Origin: Candidatus Omnitrophota bacterium
GTDB taxonomy: Bacteria; Omnitrophota; Gorgyraeia; 2-02-FULL-51-18
Length of the DNA stretch: 64,000 nt
Direction: 5' to 3'
Assembly (NCBI GenBank): GCA_016197155.1
Contig: JACPWF010000015.1
Location: forward strand, 8,157-72,156
Shown: positions 63,560 through 64,000 of the stretch, piece after piece
How positions within the stretch are numbered: position 1 is the first letter of the stretch
Layout of the letters: every line of letters starts with the position of its first letter
Notes under the pieces: generated by a model
The model's input: only the letters and a program-made list of their open reading frames with translations
The model's database searches: none
Told to the model about the DNA's origin: nothing
Made by a program: the position numbers and the translations under genes

Positions 63560-64000
63560 AACCGGCGCAAAGGATCCGCTTCCTCGGCCTAATTCTGCTT
63601 CTTCAGGCGGCGCTGGGCCTCACACTTGCCAGCACTTATTTTTTGGGGCGCCTGCCCAAAGAACTCGTCCCGACGGCGAGGCGAGACGCTTTTCAGGTGG
63701 TTAAAAAAATCACCTTTCAAGGGGAAAAGGCGCTCCTGGGATGGGAGGAGAAGGTGTTTTGCGGAAAAACCGTTTACCGGGTCCTTTCGGAAGGCAGTCA
63801 GAGTTTCTTAAGGGCCACGAGCCACGGCGCTTCCTCGGGCCTGTACATGAAGTTCAGCCTGCCGGCCAGCCCAAACCTCCGCCTTTCCTGGGAGTGGCGG
63901 GCACAGATGTTCCCACAAAAAAAAGACCCGAACAAACTCGCCGACCGGTCCCAGGACGATTTTGCCGCGCGCGTTTACGTGGTTTTCCTGGGCTCCAATT
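63556..64000 (+). CDS. DUF3047-family protein (partial; runs off the window end).
   Basis: Signal/TM N-terminus. ADRSQDDFAARVYVVF motif typical of DUF3047. ATGA overlap with nadE. Confidence 0.55.
   Translation, partial: MKPAQRIRFLGLILLLQAALGLTLASTYFLGRLPKELVPTARRDAFQVVKKITFQGEKALLGWEEKVFCGKTVYRVLSEGSQSFLRATSHGASSGLYMKFSLPASPNLRLSWEWRAQMFPQKKDPNKLADRSQDDFAARVYVVFLGSN

Noticed and set aside
1-64000. CRISPR arrays, IS elements, integrases, prophage genes.
   Set aside because: No direct-repeat or spacer periodicity, no transposase or integrase-like ORFs, and no second tRNA or att-like duplication found on visual scan.

Overview
This is a GC-rich bacterial chromosomal segment with strong strand bias: about 60 of 62 supported genes are on the + strand. 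Many genes overlap by 4 nt (ATGA), implying long translationally coupled operons. I found no CRISPR array, transposase or integrase.

Content by region:
- 0.2-18 kb: an LPS/heptose-type glycan cluster. It holds GT1, GT2 and five GT9 heptosyltransferase-like genes, an ArnT/PMT-like GT-C membrane transferase next to a GT2 polyprenyl-phosphate-sugar synthase, a WbaP-like initiating transferase, an O-antigen ligase, GmhB, a GT28 lipid glycosyltransferase, and a NodU/CmcH carbamoyltransferase followed by two tiny membrane proteins (SxtJ/SxtK-like).
- 18-42 kb: housekeeping genes (UDG, priA, def, a short fmt, aroQ, pepP, efp, accBC, a PPi-type pfk, gmhA, the adenylyltransferase half of rfaE, thiE, a PfkB kinase, tRNA-Gly(CCC), dgt, aroB). 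Interleaved with these are poorly characterised genes: an unknown 436-aa CBS protein, two tandem GalT-like paralogs, an Arch_ATPase-type NTPase, a degenerate GAF-HD-GYP, and a SPOR protein.
- 42-47 kb: a divergent ExeA/GspB-like pair, then a compact module. The module is a small secreted motif-repeat protein, three single-domain PilZ proteins, a K-rich mini-protein, a HIT hydrolase and a cNMP-binding patatin phospholipase.
- 47-53 kb: lipid catabolism (thiolase, 3-hydroxyacyl-CoA dehydrogenase, crotonase, FadD, lysophospholipase-like hydrolase).
- 53-64 kb: M23 peptidase, a 611-aa HEXXH secreted protein behind an AT-rich leader and a perfect 38-nt palindrome, a small secreted protein, GatB/YqeY, mdh, sucCD, yajQ, a second secreted motif protein, folE-queD from a consensus promoter with a near-leaderless start, nadE, and a partial DUF3047 gene.

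The most unusual candidates are the secreted motif family, the PilZ/patatin module, the split-function GalT-like pair, the truncated Fmt plus unknown CBS partner, and the degenerate HD-GYP.

All calls rest on reading the translated ORFs against family hallmarks I know; no database search was run.
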